DNA of 63,224 bases, counting the filler, from an uncultured bacterium (lineage in GTDB: Bacteria; Hinthialibacterota; Hinthialibacteria; Hinthialibacterales; Hinthialibacteraceae): assembly GCA_964449065.1 (NCBI GenBank). It is 14 parts of 14 records of this genome, joined end to end, with 100 filler letters (N's around TTAATTAATTAA, not from the genome) between each part and the next. Parts side by side here need not be neighbours in the genome. Positions count along the whole stretch, not along the records: positions 9,302 to 13,815 come from CAYVAZ010000377.1; positions 13,916 to 18,380 come from CAYVAZ010000378.1; positions 18,481 to 22,943 come from CAYVAZ010000379.1; 11 more parts are not named here. The stretch is one strand, 5' to 3'. A program made the translations under genes and the position numbers. Below are positions 9,362 to 20,133 of the stretch, one piece after another (position 1 is the first letter of the stretch; the number at the start of each line of letters is the position of its first letter). Below the pieces are notes generated by a model. That model saw only the letters and a program-made list of their open reading frames with translations, searched no databases and was not told where the DNA came from.

Positions 9362-12349
9362 GTGAAATGGGATATAGAACTTAATCCTCTCAATAACGGC
9401 GCAGATGAAATTGATCAGGCCACTGCAGCTTCAGGATATAGCGCTTTTTCAGTCGCTTATCTCGAAAAGCTCTCTCAGGGCTCGGATGTGTCTCTTTTAG
9501 CAACAAATTCCATCACATTTGATTTGAACGGTGATCGGCTTGATGTCGGAAACGGGCAATCGATCAGCTTCACCACCAGCACAACCGGCAGCATCACCGA
9601 TGCATCCGCCGGAACTATACGCACCACGGGCGGTGGAAATATTACTCTTAATGCTTTTGATGCGATTGATCTTGGCACTACAAATCTCGAGGCCATTGGC
9701 GGAGGGGGTGTAAATTTAACGTCTGGCGGCACAACAGATATTACACAAACCAGTGGTTTGAATCTTGGAACCGTTAATTCAAATGGCGCATTAAATATAT
9801 TTTCCTTGGGTAATATTACGGCCACGGGTGCTATATCAAGCACAACAGGTACAGTTGATGTAACAGCCTTAAATTCTTCTATTGATTTTGACAGCAGTAT
9901 AACATCCGGCGCGAATAGCATAGAACTCAACGCCTTCACTGGCATTGATGTTGCGGGCACAATCAACGCAAATGGTGCTGGCGGTACTTTTGATGTGGCC
10001 AATGTAACATCAGGAGATGTTGTTTTTTCTAATGCGATTAATGCAAGCGATTCTATCACAATCAATAATGCAGGCGGAAATCTCTCTTTTGCAGGACTAA
10101 TAACATCAAGCCAAAACGGAATAAACCTCGATGCAAGTGGAACGATTACATTAGCGGATGGTGCCAGAGCGAACGATAATGTGACAGGATTACTTGATGT
10201 GAACGCACAAAATGATGCAATAAACCCGACAATTTTTCTGGGCGGAGATGTGTCAGCTGGAAATGGCGGGGCTGTTGGCATAGTGTTTCATGACAATGTT
10301 CAAATCCTTGGTGGGACAAGCAATGTGGATTTCAGAACCAACAACATAACTTTCCAAAATTCTCTAGACGCCAACAATAATGATGTCACTTTTAGAGCAA
10401 GAAATTATGTCTTAAACGGTGGCGCAGATAGTATTTTCAATTCAATTGCAAATGCTAATATGCTTACGTTCAGAGGGTTTGGCGATGGCGACAATATTGT
10501 CTTCGGTGGAAATGGCGGAAATTCAAGAGTAACAGCCGCCAATTTAAACGCTTTTGTTTTTGACAGTTTTGCAGATGTCAATGTCGGTAGCGCAGTGCAA
10601 ACCGGAACGGTTACCGTTGATAGCAACATCACCGCAAACGCGAATATCGGAATTTTGGGCAATACAGGGGATGTGACGCTTAATGGCTCCATAACATCAA
10701 CCCAAACAGATGGGAATATTACAATCACATCAACAGCATTGGATATCGGCAATGATATTGTCACAACGGCAGGAACAGCCGGGAATATCGATATTGATGC
10801 CTCTAATAACATCACGATAAGCGGCACAAATGTTCAAATTAATGCTGGTGCGGGCGTTGTGGATTTCTTCACTGGTGGGGGTCATGAAATCGCGACAAAT
10901 GATGAGTTGACCGTAACTGGCAGCGGTCTTATCTCCGATGACAATTTCAATGGTGACCTAGCATGGCGTGTGGTCGGCACGGCGCCAACCGGCAGTTTTG
11001 TTGCGAGCGCCGGAAGTAATCTTACACTTGAGCAGGACACTGCAAGCGATAGCATCAATATTGGTTCTGCAAGCATGGGTGCCGGTAATATTGGCTTATC
11101 CAATGCCATTGTGAGCGCTCTCGATACAAATTTCGATGAAATTATTTTTGGTCGCAGTGACGGTGGAGCAGTTTTGAATTCTATGGCCAGCTTTAATAAC
11201 AACATCTCAGTGCTTTCCAACGCTACATTTACCAATGAAGCCGCACTCGATATGGCGGCGAATACTCTTAATGTTACCACAACGGGTGATATTATTTTGG
11301 ATGATGATATTACCTCAAGCGCAATGGGCAATGCGATTGTTCTCTCAACGGCTGATGATTTTATCAATAACGCAGGTAATGACGCTCTTGATGCCAGTAA
11401 TATAAATGGACGCTGGCTCGTCTATAGTGACGATCCGGTCGGCAACCAGAATAACGGACTGCTGCCGGGTGAGTCATTGTTCGGGCAGGCGGATCTTACA
11501 ACAGCACTTGGCAATGCTACAGCTAATACAGATGCCTATGCCTATCTCACGGCAACACGCCCAACGATCACCTATGATGTTGATGATGTCAGCGTTGAAT
11601 ACGGGGAGGCTTTAGGTGTGCTTTCCGTAACATACAATTCTGGCCTTGTCGGTGACGACATCATTACAGCGATTGGGGAAAGCAATTCACCAACATTAAG
11701 TTCAAGCTATATTTTGGGCATAGATGCTGACACATACGCAGGCGATCTCACAGGCGTGACGGGACCACTCACAAATGTTCTTGGCTATCAATATTCTTTT
11801 AACCCTGGTGATTTAATAGTCACTCAAGCTGATTTGAATATCAGTGTTGATCCAGCTTCTGAGACAATCAACCAGGGTGAGCCTTTGCCTTCATATGGTT
11901 TATCTTTCGGGCCATTTAAATTAGCAGACACATTTGCCGATTTGGATGTTTTGCCGACTTTAACGACACCGGACAATAGCATAGTAGGCAGTTTTCCAGT
12001 GACCTTATCTGGCGGTTCAGACATTAATTATAATTTTATATTTACGAATGGCACTTTGGACATTCTTGCGCTTGTTGCAACAAACAACGATGTCACGATT
12101 CCTTCAACGGTTGAACAAGATTTAAGCAATCGTATTTTAGGAAACGGATTAAACAACCAAAAATTTAATATTCCTGTCCTTGAAGCAAGTAGCCTGCCGG
12201 ATAGCCAAATCGACATTGAGATTGAAGGTGTGGATGATGAAGGACCTGAATTAAATGCAATAGAGGACAGAAAGCGAAAAATAAAACTCAAAATTGATAA
12301 AGATTTAGCCAATCAACTTAATCTCCAGATTAACGATGGCGTTTTATAG
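9362..12349 (+). CDS. Filamentous-haemagglutinin-like beta-helical exoprotein, probably 5'-truncated, with C-terminal MBG-like domains
   Basis: G/N/T/A-rich repeats, FINNAG..A......GRWLVYS, YGE....FNPGDLIVTQADL, SGGSDINYNFIFTNGTLDI. No signal peptide or TPS secretion domain. Confidence 0.75.
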   Translation: MKWDIELNPLNNGADEIDQATAASGYSAFSVAYLEKLSQGSDVSLLATNSITFDLNGDRLDVGNGQSISFTTSTTGSITDASAGTIRTTGGGNITLNAFDAIDLGTTNLEAIGGGGVNLTSGGTTDITQTSGLNLGTVNSNGALNIFSLGNITATGAISSTTGTVDVTALNSSIDFDSSITSGANSIELNAFTGIDVAGTINANGAGGTFDVANVTSGDVVFSNAINASDSITINNAGGNLSFAGLITSSQNGINLDASGTITLADGARANDNVTGLLDVNAQNDAINPTIFLGGDVSAGNGGAVGIVFHDNVQILGGTSNVDFRTNNITFQNSLDANNNDVTFRARNYVLNGGADSIFNSIANANMLTFRGFGDGDNIVFGGNGGNSRVTAANLNAFVFDSFADVNVGSAVQTGTVTVDSNITANANIGILGNTGDVTLNGSITSTQTDGNITITSTALDIGNDIVTTAGTAGNIDIDASNNITISGTNVQINAGAGVVDFFTGGGHEIATNDELTVTGSGLISDDNFNGDLAWRVVGTAPTGSFVASAGSNLTLEQDTASDSINIGSASMGAGNIGLSNAIVSALDTNFDEIIFGRSDGGAVLNSMASFNNNISVLSNATFTNEAALDMAANTLNVTTTGDIILDDDITSSAMGNAIVLSTADDFINNAGNDALDASNINGRWLVYSDDPVGNQNNGLLPGESLFGQADLTTALGNATANTDAYAYLTATRPTITYDVDDVSVEYGEALGVLSVTYNSGLVGDDIITAIGESNSPTLSSSYILGIDADTYAGDLTGVTGPLTNVLGYQYSFNPGDLIVTQADLNISVDPASETINQGEPLPSYGLSFGPFKLADTFADLDVLPTLTTPDNSIVGSFPVTLSGGSDINYNFIFTNGTLDILALVATNNDVTIPSTVEQDLSNRILGNGLNNQKFNIPVLEASSLPDSQIDIEIEGVDDEGPELNAIEDRKRKIKLKIDKDLANQLNLQINDGVL

Positions 12350-12496
12350 ATTAAATATAATGGATAGAAAAATACTTTGTTTACCATAATATACAATATC
12401 AATGTGTACTAAGTGACTGATAGGGCAGTAAATTTTAGCCCGAACTTTTGGAGTGATAATATATCTTACGGAAAATAATAGGGGTTTCTAACCAGT

Positions 12497-12949
12497 TTAG
12501 TTTTGGGTTGAATTATGATTTTGGCTTTGCAAAATCATTTTTTGCAGCTCTCTCATGTCTGCTTCGTGTCTTCTCTCAAAATCAGAGATTTGATTTTTTA
12601 AATCCATCTGATAATCAGAAATAGACTGCATGACTTGTTTCTGGTTTTCACTAATCTTATTATTTAACTCTTTGCTTTCTGTATAAAAAGCGTTTGAAAG
12701 CCATGCTAACCAACTAATTATGAACACAATAACTGCCCATACAGCAATGTTATTAAACGATCCACTAGGGTCGCTAGGTGCTGGATTTACAGGAGTTTGT
12801 GGTGGGAAGCCTTGCTGATTTCTTGAAATTGGAGGTGGTGTTGCTTGACTGCTCACCCGTTGTTCAGGGGATGAGCTTGTACTAGCGGTTGTACTGGAAG
12901 TACCACTGCGGATTTCTGCTAAATTAACTATTGTTGGGTTTTTATCCAT
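12497..12949 (-). CDS. Hypothetical single-TM protein with a coiled coil
   Basis: S/T/P-rich N-terminus, a TM segment and a coiled coil. Overlaps the upstream gene by 8 nt. Confidence 0.65.
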   Translation of the reverse strand: MDKNPTIVNLAEIRSGTSSTTASTSSSPEQRVSSQATPPPISRNQQGFPPQTPVNPAPSDPSGSFNNIAVWAVIVFIISWLAWLSNAFYTESKELNNKISENQKQVMQSISDYQMDLKNQISDFERRHEADMRELQKMILQSQNHNSTQN

Positions 12950-13637
12950 TCAAAAAACCCTCTAATTTTTGTTTGTAGTCATCAAATTTAACTTTAACCT
13001 GTTCTAATGAGTCTTGGAATTCATCCATTTTAGCTTTCATTAGTTGTTGCGTCTTAATATCTCGATGATAATTGTAAGAGAATATTATGCCTTCCTTGCG
13101 TGAATTTGCTGATTTAACAGCACCAGTATCAAGACTGATTATAGATTGTGCTTTGTTATCAGCATCCTTGTAAACTAACTTAAAAGACGCACTGTCTGCA
13201 CCGCTGATAATGCTTGGAGATTGGTTGATGATTTTCTCTTTTATAGTTTCGTCAGCTTTTTTTGTTTCTATAATACCGTTAAAATTTACACCTATAGCTG
13301 AAATATTCTCTTTTACTAAATTATCTGAAAACTGTTTGGATATTTCATAGAAATATTTATCAGTTTCAGAAGTATCAAGCATAGATATGATAAGCCGATC
13401 AATTTGGCCTACAATTTTAATATTCTTGTTTGGGAAAGAGATTGATTTTTGCATAGGACTCTGGTCTTCGCCAAAATCCACATTTTCAAAATCTTTATAT
13501 TCAACTATTTTTCTTTTTAAAAGTTGCTCCATTTCAGCAAATTTAGCAAAACTTTCAACGCCTTCAGGCATCATTCGTTGAACAAAAACAATAGTTCTTT
13601 CATATGTATCTAGTGTAAGTGGCATCTCTATTTCCAA
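12942..13637 (-). CDS. Hypothetical AT-rich protein (possibly TIGR04255-like)
   Basis: 231-aa ORF. The ISAIGVNF and FSYNYHRD segments suggest the family only weakly. Confidence 0.6.
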   Translation of the reverse strand: MEIEMPLTLDTYERTIVFVQRMMPEGVESFAKFAEMEQLLKRKIVEYKDFENVDFGEDQSPMQKSISFPNKNIKIVGQIDRLIISMLDTSETDKYFYEISKQFSDNLVKENISAIGVNFNGIIETKKADETIKEKIINQSPSIISGADSASFKLVYKDADNKAQSIISLDTGAVKSANSRKEGIIFSYNYHRDIKTQQLMKAKMDEFQDSLEQVKVKFDDYKQKLEGFLNG

Positions 13638-13690
13638 TGTTTCTTGATGAAATTATCTTATTCTTAATTTCAAACCAATTAAATAAATGT

Positions 13691-13815
13691 TTATTTTATA
13701 ATTTTCAATTTTGCCGAAGCGGGATCGTAATAGTAATCACTGATTGTCCCATCTTTGATTTTTTCGACCATTTCATCAATCACGAATACCGGCACTAAAA
13801 ACCATTCTCGCGCTG
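13691..13815 (-). CDS. C-terminus of a YeeC-like GIY-YIG/T5orf172 nuclease (partial)
   Basis: Hand translation AREWFLVPVFVIDEMVEKIKDGTISDYYYDP...*. Confidence 0.7.
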
Positions 13816-13915
13816 NNNNNNNNNNNNNNNNNNNNNNNNNNNNNNNNNNNNNNNNNNNNTTAATTAATTAANNNNNNNNNNNNNNNNNNNNNNNNNNNNN
13901 NNNNNNNNNNNNNNN

Positions 13916-13969
13916 ATTGTATGATGAGTTCTGCGCGTTTTCGTGCGGGTTAAATGATTGATCGTTCAT
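13916..13969 (-). CDS. 5' start of an unknown gene (partial)
   Basis: AAGGAG RBS, then ATG MNDQSFNPHENAQNSSY, running into the linker. Confidence 0.5.
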
Positions 13970-14056
13970 GTTACTTCTCCTTTTGAATGTACCCCGTTGA
14001 TTGCTTACCGAAAAATACGCGGAAGGGAAATCAATATTTCAAAATTTCGGTCATTT

Positions 14057-14959
14057 TTATACATCCCGAAACGATACGCTGCCGTTGACTGTGCCGGCAA
14101 TCACTTCCGCTCCGCCGCCGTTGATTTTGCCGTTCACTTCCCCTTTTTTGTGCAAACCGTCAAAGCGGTCTTGGGGATAATTAATGCTTCCGTTGGTGGT
14201 GTTGACTCTCATGTTGTATTTGGCATCCCGCGGGAAATAAAATTTCAACGAACCGTTAACCGTATTGGCCTCGCAGGATTGCTTTGGGCTTTCGGCAAAG
14301 CGCGCCGCGATAGAACCGTTTACGGCTTCTACATGCCGCAACGAAACCAAATCATGAAGGTCTATCGCACCGTTGACGGTCTTGGCCTTTTTGACTCGCA
14401 TACATTGTGTGGTTTCGATTCGTCCATTCGCGTTGGTTAAAACCATTTCTCCGTCAATCCGGTCCGCTTTAATTTTGCCGTTGACGGAATGGACTTCCGC
14501 ATTCAACCGTTTGGGGATAACAACATCCAACGCAATGCTTGCATGAGATATCCCCCGCGGTTTGTGCTTGGGATGCACACCGGTAACGATAATTTTGTCT
14601 TCATGTTTTTCCACCTTTACATCATAAAACCTTTTGGCATTCAGTACGGCGGATTCGCCGGATAACCACCCCGGCTTGATTTTGATCACCGCGTGAACCT
14701 TCGCTTCGTTGATATCGGGGTCTTCATGAGAGGTGATAGCAATCGTTCCGTTCACAGTCTCAAACATGCCCCATTCGATTCCCTCCAACGATTCGGTCAT
14801 GTCCCGTTCCCACACATAATACCGTCCTTCTTTTTGATGCCCCTCATTGGAAAACTCTCCAGTACCGGTCATGGCATGGGAGAACAAATTTGTCATTGAG
14901 GTATAGGCACCCACCATGCAGGCCGCAATGATGACGACCAAAAGACTTTTACTTTTCAT
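14057..14959 (-). CDS. DUF4097 beta-strand repeat (adhesin-like) protein
   Basis: Signal peptide and repeated T/S-V/A-NG-x-I motifs. Confidence 0.85.
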   Translation of the reverse strand: MKSKSLLVVIIAACMVGAYTSMTNLFSHAMTGTGEFSNEGHQKEGRYYVWERDMTESLEGIEWGMFETVNGTIAITSHEDPDINEAKVHAVIKIKPGWLSGESAVLNAKRFYDVKVEKHEDKIIVTGVHPKHKPRGISHASIALDVVIPKRLNAEVHSVNGKIKADRIDGEMVLTNANGRIETTQCMRVKKAKTVNGAIDLHDLVSLRHVEAVNGSIAARFAESPKQSCEANTVNGSLKFYFPRDAKYNMRVNTTNGSINYPQDRFDGLHKKGEVNGKINGGGAEVIAGTVNGSVSFRDV

Positions 14960-15897
14960 GATTTCTTTTCTCCATTTGAAGCGGTTTTTTTTAGTTGCTT
15001 TTCCCGAAAGTCAAAGACCAACAAACAAACACCAATGATCAATGGAATGACATACCAGTAGTCTCCAAAAATTGCAAATACATCAATATTGGTCCAGTTG
15101 TGAATTAAGAATACGCCGCCAAACACCGTAAAGATAACCCCCAGCACTTTTTGGCTGTGTTGACGTTCCAGTTGGTATTCACGCAATAGGCGCAGCCCGA
15201 AAAACAACGGGATTAACGGCCAGAGATTGTCGAATTCCAAAAACGGGATGCGCAAATCTTCCACCATAAAGAAGAAGCCGAATGCAATCAAAATCAACCC
15301 CAACACCAAACGGCCGTGTTTGGAACCGTGCGATGCATGTGCCGGTGGGTCTTCTGTTTGAAACGAGGCCTTTGCGGCATCACCGGTGCCGGCTGTTCCG
15401 GAAGCGCCTTCGGCAAAACCGCTTCCCGCTCCCATTGTTTGAGATGGTTTCATGTTCATCGCCTCCTGATAGGATGTACCCGCCTGCCCTTGCGGAGAGT
15501 GGGGCGGCGGGGGTGGTGTCGCAACGGCGGGGTATCCTCCAAGAGGAATCTCGCCCCGGTTGATTTTGACGGCTGTGGTGGCGGCATCCGCCATCGAAAA
15601 AATGACTAATACCGGAAGAAATACAAAAAACGAAAGCACCACAAACAACTTCGACATCACCGCCGGTTGAATGTCGGTATGTCCGAAAAGACTGCCGTGA
15701 TAAAACTCGGGCGAGGCAAACGACAAAAACTGCACGCCGGTCACCGACAGAATCACCACGGCAAAGATGCCCAAACACAACGAAAACAAAAAAACGCCTT
15801 TGCCAACCTGTTCGTTATAGATGTGCCCCATGCCGGGAATAATCCCGATCAAGGCCGCCAGTAATGGACTTTTTTTGGGTGGGTAATAACTAACCAT
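14956..15897 (-). CDS. Membrane protein: TM2-like N-terminus and LiaF/DUF5668-like C-terminus
   Basis: KSPLLAAL..IIPGMGHIY, GLILIAFG...LWPLIP, YWYVIPLIIG. Confidence 0.75.
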   Translation of the reverse strand: MVSYYPPKKSPLLAALIGIIPGMGHIYNEQVGKGVFLFSLCLGIFAVVILSVTGVQFLSFASPEFYHGSLFGHTDIQPAVMSKLFVVLSFFVFLPVLVIFSMADAATTAVKINRGEIPLGGYPAVATPPPPPHSPQGQAGTSYQEAMNMKPSQTMGAGSGFAEGASGTAGTGDAAKASFQTEDPPAHASHGSKHGRLVLGLILIAFGFFFMVEDLRIPFLEFDNLWPLIPLFFGLRLLREYQLERQHSQKVLGVIFTVFGGVFLIHNWTNIDVFAIFGDYWYVIPLIIGVCLLVFDFREKQLKKTASNGEKKS

Positions 15898-15951
15898 GTT
15901 TTCCTTCTTGCAAAATCACTTGCTTAACCTTTGAGAGTTTATCCTAAGAAA

Positions 15952-16590
15952 TTACGTTTGCCGGGCATGTTCTAGCAATAGATTACGCTGCACGGGCCAT
16001 TTGTATTTCAAACCCAGATCATCTCCCGGCTCTTTCTTGCCTTCTTTTTCTTCACCGGATACGTTGCGAATGAACCCGGCGGCAAACTCGTTTATTGATT
16101 TCGCCATGGATTCGACTTGTTCGTATGCTTCATCGGTTAGGGTGATGACTTTATCCTCAACCGAAGCACGCAGTTGATCCGCCTTGCCGCTTTCAACCAT
16201 CGGCCACACAAATACGCCGATAAAGATGGATAGGGTTGCAAAGACCGTCGGCCAGGCTTCGCGGCTGAGCACGGGATCAATCTGAAACTCGCGCCCGAAG
16301 TTGTACAGGCTCTTATAAACCCGCAAAAACGGCGCCGCGAGTGAATGCCATACGGAACGTTGTTTGGCCTCTTCATTCAGGCGGATATGATCCATCACCG
16401 ATTCGGCCAATACCGGAGACGGCGGCTCGACTTCAATATGCTTCAGCGTACTCGCCACCATCTTCATCTTGTCCAGATAGTTCCGGCTTTCCGGATGCAG
16501 CTCCATATACCGCTCCACTTCCGGCGGCAGCGGTTCGCCGAAATCAATGTTTCGCTCGATATGGTAATAGGCAATTTCTTGGGTAATCAT
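15952..16590 (-). CDS. Putative anti-sigma factor (single TM)
   Basis: 4-nt overlap with the ECF sigma gene, a degenerate ZAS-like N-terminus and one TM segment. Confidence 0.7.
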   Translation of the reverse strand: MITQEIAYYHIERNIDFGEPLPPEVERYMELHPESRNYLDKMKMVASTLKHIEVEPPSPVLAESVMDHIRLNEEAKQRSVWHSLAAPFLRVYKSLYNFGREFQIDPVLSREAWPTVFATLSIFIGVFVWPMVESGKADQLRASVEDKVITLTDEAYEQVESMAKSINEFAAGFIRNVSGEEKEGKKEPGDDLGLKYKWPVQRNLLLEHARQT

Positions 16591-17159
16591 GACTGTATCT
16601 CCGACTCGACCGGGCGCAAAATGTCCGCCAGCTGATGCCGGGCGCGGTGCAGTTGGGTCATCACCGTCCCCAATGGAATCGCCAGCGCGTCTGCGATTTC
16701 TTCATAACTCAGTTGCTCAAAATGGCGTAACAGCAAAATCATTCTGTACTTTTCGGGCATTTGCTCGATGGCTTCCATCACCAAGCGTTCTTGGTCTACT
16801 TTAAATTTCTCATCGCGTGGGTTGCTGCCCGTGTCTTTAATCTCCCACTCATCGTCTTCTTCAGTGGTCATTGAGACCGTATTGACTTTTTTCTTCTTCC
16901 GCATATCCAGTATATAGTTCACCGCGATGCGCCGCACCCAAACCCCAAACGGATACGTGGAATTATAGCGGTCGATTTTGCGAAATGCCCGTAAAAAAAC
17001 CTCCTGTACGACATCTTGTGCCGTTTCAACGCTGCGCGTCATCGTATAGGCGATTCCGTAGACCATGGAGTGATACCGGTCAACCAAAACACGAAAAGCC
17101 TCGCGGTTTCCGCGAAGGACCTCATCGATATAGTAGGTATCCTCCTGATGTTCACTCAT
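16587..17159 (-). CDS. ECF RNA polymerase sigma factor (SigW/RpoE-like)
   Basis: AQDVVQEVFLRAF, WVRRIAVN, LSYEEIADALAIPLGTVMTQLHRAR. Confidence 0.95.
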   Translation of the reverse strand: MSEHQEDTYYIDEVLRGNREAFRVLVDRYHSMVYGIAYTMTRSVETAQDVVQEVFLRAFRKIDRYNSTYPFGVWVRRIAVNYILDMRKKKKVNTVSMTTEEDDEWEIKDTGSNPRDEKFKVDQERLVMEAIEQMPEKYRMILLLRHFEQLSYEEIADALAIPLGTVMTQLHRARHQLADILRPVESEIQS

Positions 17160-17291
17160 ACTGTTAACTGGTCCTGCTCTGGTATAGAATACGATACAGT
17201 TTGTCAGATTATTTCAGTATTTGTTACAACCACCTTAATAAAAGAATGAATACATAAGAGTATATTTTATATGTATTAGAGGTTGATTGAC

Positions 17292-18290
17292 ATGAAAATT
17301 GGAGTTTTAGGTTCAGGATCATGGGGAGTGGCGCTTTCGATTGTTCTTTATGATAATGGCCATGAAGTCAAGTTATGGTCTCATTCAGAAGCAGAAGCAT
17401 ATAAACTCAAGCAATCACGGCGTTTGCTGCACAAATTACCGGAAGTCACCATTCCCTTGGACATTCACATTACCCATGACGAGACCGAAGTGTTTCATCA
17501 GACGGATCTCCATGTCAATACTATCCCTACCAAATATATACGTGCGATCACCCAAAAATATTCCACAAAATTGCCGAATGAGCCGAAAATCATCGTCAAC
17601 GGCTCGAAGGGAATGGACGCGCAATCGCTGGAAACCGTCAGCGACATGATTGAGGCGGATTGGGGGGATAAAATCGCGGGTGTTGTTGCGCTTTCCGGCC
17701 CCACCCACGCGGAAGAGGTTGCTAGAGGAATGCCGACCGCTATTGTGGCGGCTTCACCCAACCAAGAGCACGCCGCCCTGGTGCAGGAAGTGTTTCAATC
17801 CCCCCGCTTTCGCGTCTACACCAATCCCGACCGCAAAGGGGTAGAAATCGGCGCGGCACTGAAAAACGTGATCGCCATCGCGGTGGGGATCTCGGACGGC
17901 CTGGGCTTTGGCGACAACGCCCGCGCCGCTCTTATCTCGCGGGGAATCCAAGAACTCAGCCGTGCAGGCAAATGCCTGGGAGCCATGCCCGAAACCTTCA
18001 ACGGCCTTTCCGGCGTGGGAGACCTGATCGTAACCTGCACCAGCCGCCACAGCCGCAACCGCCGCTTCGGTGAACTGCTGGCGAAAGGCTATTCCGTTGA
18101 AGAGGCGGAAGAAGAAGTGGGCATGGTGGTCGAAGGGCTCAACACCGTCAAAGCGGTCCCCAAAATCAAAGAAAAACTCAATGAAGACATGCCCATCGCG
18201 GAAGAAGTCTACGCCATCACCCATGAAGGCATGAACCCCAAACAAGCCGTCGAACGCCTTATGCTGCGCGAAAGCAAGCCGGAGTGGTGA
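17292..18290 (+). CDS. gpsA: NAD(P)H-dependent glycerol-3-phosphate dehydrogenase
   Basis: GSGSWG, LSGPTHAEEV, ALKNVIAIAVG, GDLIVTCTSRHSRN. Confidence 0.97.
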   Translation: MKIGVLGSGSWGVALSIVLYDNGHEVKLWSHSEAEAYKLKQSRRLLHKLPEVTIPLDIHITHDETEVFHQTDLHVNTIPTKYIRAITQKYSTKLPNEPKIIVNGSKGMDAQSLETVSDMIEADWGDKIAGVVALSGPTHAEEVARGMPTAIVAASPNQEHAALVQEVFQSPRFRVYTNPDRKGVEIGAALKNVIAIAVGISDGLGFGDNARAALISRGIQELSRAGKCLGAMPETFNGLSGVGDLIVTCTSRHSRNRRFGELLAKGYSVEEAEEEVGMVVEGLNTVKAVPKIKEKLNEDMPIAEEVYAITHEGMNPKQAVERLMLRESKPEW

Positions 18291-18480
18291 GTGATTTTTT
18301 ATCTCAAATCTTTTTGTTAATGATAGAATACGGATTCTAATAAATTCTGTGTGATTCCTTCATAAAAGGGGAGCATCGGCNNNNNNNNNNNNNNNNNNNN
18401 NNNNNNNNNNNNNNNNNNNNNNNNTTAATTAATTAANNNNNNNNNNNNNNNNNNNNNNNNNNNNNNNNNNNNNNNNNNNN

Positions 18481-18548
18481 TATCCGGTTACCCCTGGTTG
18501 GAAAAAGAGGATATTCAAGCCTGCTTGGTGTATGCGAGTCGATGTTGA
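18481..18548 (+). pseudogene. C-terminal part of a DUF433 antitoxin-like protein, abutting a transposase fragment
   Basis: Hand translation SGYPWLEKEDIQACLVYASR. Confidence 0.65.
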
Positions 18549-18945
18549 ACGACAATTGGCGCGCGGTCTCCTGATCGGTCAGGTCGAACATTTGCTGCAG
18601 CAAGAGCACGCCGAGCATGGTGTGCAATTCTTTGGTGGGACGGCCCATTTGGGAGTGGAACGCATGCTTGATCGCATCCACCGGCAGTTCGCTATACAAC
18701 ATCTCACGGAACAGATACGCCCAGCTGCCTTCAAGCATCGCTTTGCGTTTATGCCCCAGGAACTCGAAGGGATCAAGAAAAGAGGTTTGCAGAATGGTAT
18801 TAATTCGCAGCATTTCTCAACCTTAACTCATTGGAATGAAATGAGTTAAGTATACAACAATTCCCCGTCTTTTGCAAGCATTATCTCTATATTATTATCA
18901 ATTATTCCGCTGAATCTATTCTCGACTTTTTGCCGCTTCGTCAGT
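18541..18945 (-). mobile_element. Truncated IS: left end, promoter and the N-terminal ~90 aa of a DDE transposase (DUF772/IS1182-like)
   Basis: MLRIN...SWAYLFRE...GRPTKELHTMLG..LLQQMFDLTD.E..RQLSFNI, then homology stops. End-like sequence GACGAAGCGGCAAAAAGTC. Promoter TTGCAA-17-TATACT at 18877-18849. Confidence 0.75.
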
Positions 18946-19026
18946 CAATGACGTTATATATTCCCCGATTTACGGTAAAATTGCAAATACAACAATATCG
19001 CATTGCGTTTTTTGTGGAGCGGCTCC

Positions 19027-20133
19027 ATGCCTAAAAGCCAAAAGCAAATCCCCATAGCCATTCGCAAACTGAAGGTAAAAAACTTCAAAGCCTTTGATGA
19101 TTTTGAAATTGAGTTTCCAAAACCCCGGATGAAGAATGACCCTGACGTATTCTTGATGGGAAGCAAAAATGGGGTAGGGAAAACGTCTGTTTTGGAAGCG
19201 TGTGCTTTGCTTTTATATTTCATGTGTAATAAGGATGGAAAATTCATTTCATATGAATTTAATGAACGATTGTATAACTTTAGTGATTTGCTTATTCGAT
19301 CAGGAGAGAACAAATCCGTAATTAATGGTGTATTTTCAATAGGGAACAATGAACATGAAACTAGACTAATTATTGAAAAATCAAATCAATTTAAAATTGA
19401 TAAGGCAAGTAGGTTACCAAATAATTTTTATGATTCTCGATATTCTATATCAGAAGACGATACTGGATATTCATTATCTTCAATTATAGGGTTAAACCCA
19501 GAACCGCTTTTATTTCAGCAGTTTATGTATTTCCATAGTTATCGTAAGGTTTTGGAAGGAAATCCGGAATTAGGTATGATAATTGAAAAGAGGCGGCAGC
19601 GATTTAAAAGTAGACGGCGTCTAGAATATCCAGTCAGTTCTTTTAAATTAGAAATATTGCGTTTAAAAATCGGGCAAGCAGATTTGTTTGAAAATATAGA
19701 TGACGAGCATGCAAGTAAAATTCTTAATAAATTAAACTCTATAGTTGAGCGATATTCTGGTGGGACGATCACAAAATTGCTCTCATCGCCGGACAACACG
19801 ATTGATTTTCGCATTACCCCAACCAATGGCGGAGAATCATTTGCCTTCGATGGGTTAAGTTCGGGGCAGAAGGAGATTATTTCTACTCTGTTTTTAATCT
19901 GGTACTACTCCCGCTCCAACCCCAGCATTGTGTTGATCGATGAGCCGGAATTGCACTTAAATGCTGAATGGCACCGTGATTTTGTGAAACAGGTTCATCA
20001 ACTCGCCCCACAAAATCAGTACATCATTGCCACGCATTCGGCTGATATTTTCTCTTCGGTAGAAGAAGACCGCCGGGTTTTGCTGACCGCTAAAGGGGAG
20101 AAGTGGTGCGGCATTGAGACGTTTGTAATTTAG
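19027..20133 (+). CDS. ABC/AAA_15-AAA_21 ATPase (OLD/PARIS AriA-like)
   Basis: VKNFKAF, Walker A GSKNGVGKTS, LSSGQKE, LIDEPELHL, IATHS. Confidence 0.9.
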   Translation: MPKSQKQIPIAIRKLKVKNFKAFDDFEIEFPKPRMKNDPDVFLMGSKNGVGKTSVLEACALLLYFMCNKDGKFISYEFNERLYNFSDLLIRSGENKSVINGVFSIGNNEHETRLIIEKSNQFKIDKASRLPNNFYDSRYSISEDDTGYSLSSIIGLNPEPLLFQQFMYFHSYRKVLEGNPELGMIIEKRRQRFKSRRRLEYPVSSFKLEILRLKIGQADLFENIDDEHASKILNKLNSIVERYSGGTITKLLSSPDNTIDFRITPTNGGESFAFDGLSSGQKEIISTLFLIWYYSRSNPSIVLIDEPELHLNAEWHRDFVKQVHQLAPQNQYIIATHSADIFSSVEEDRRVLLTAKGEKWCGIETFVI

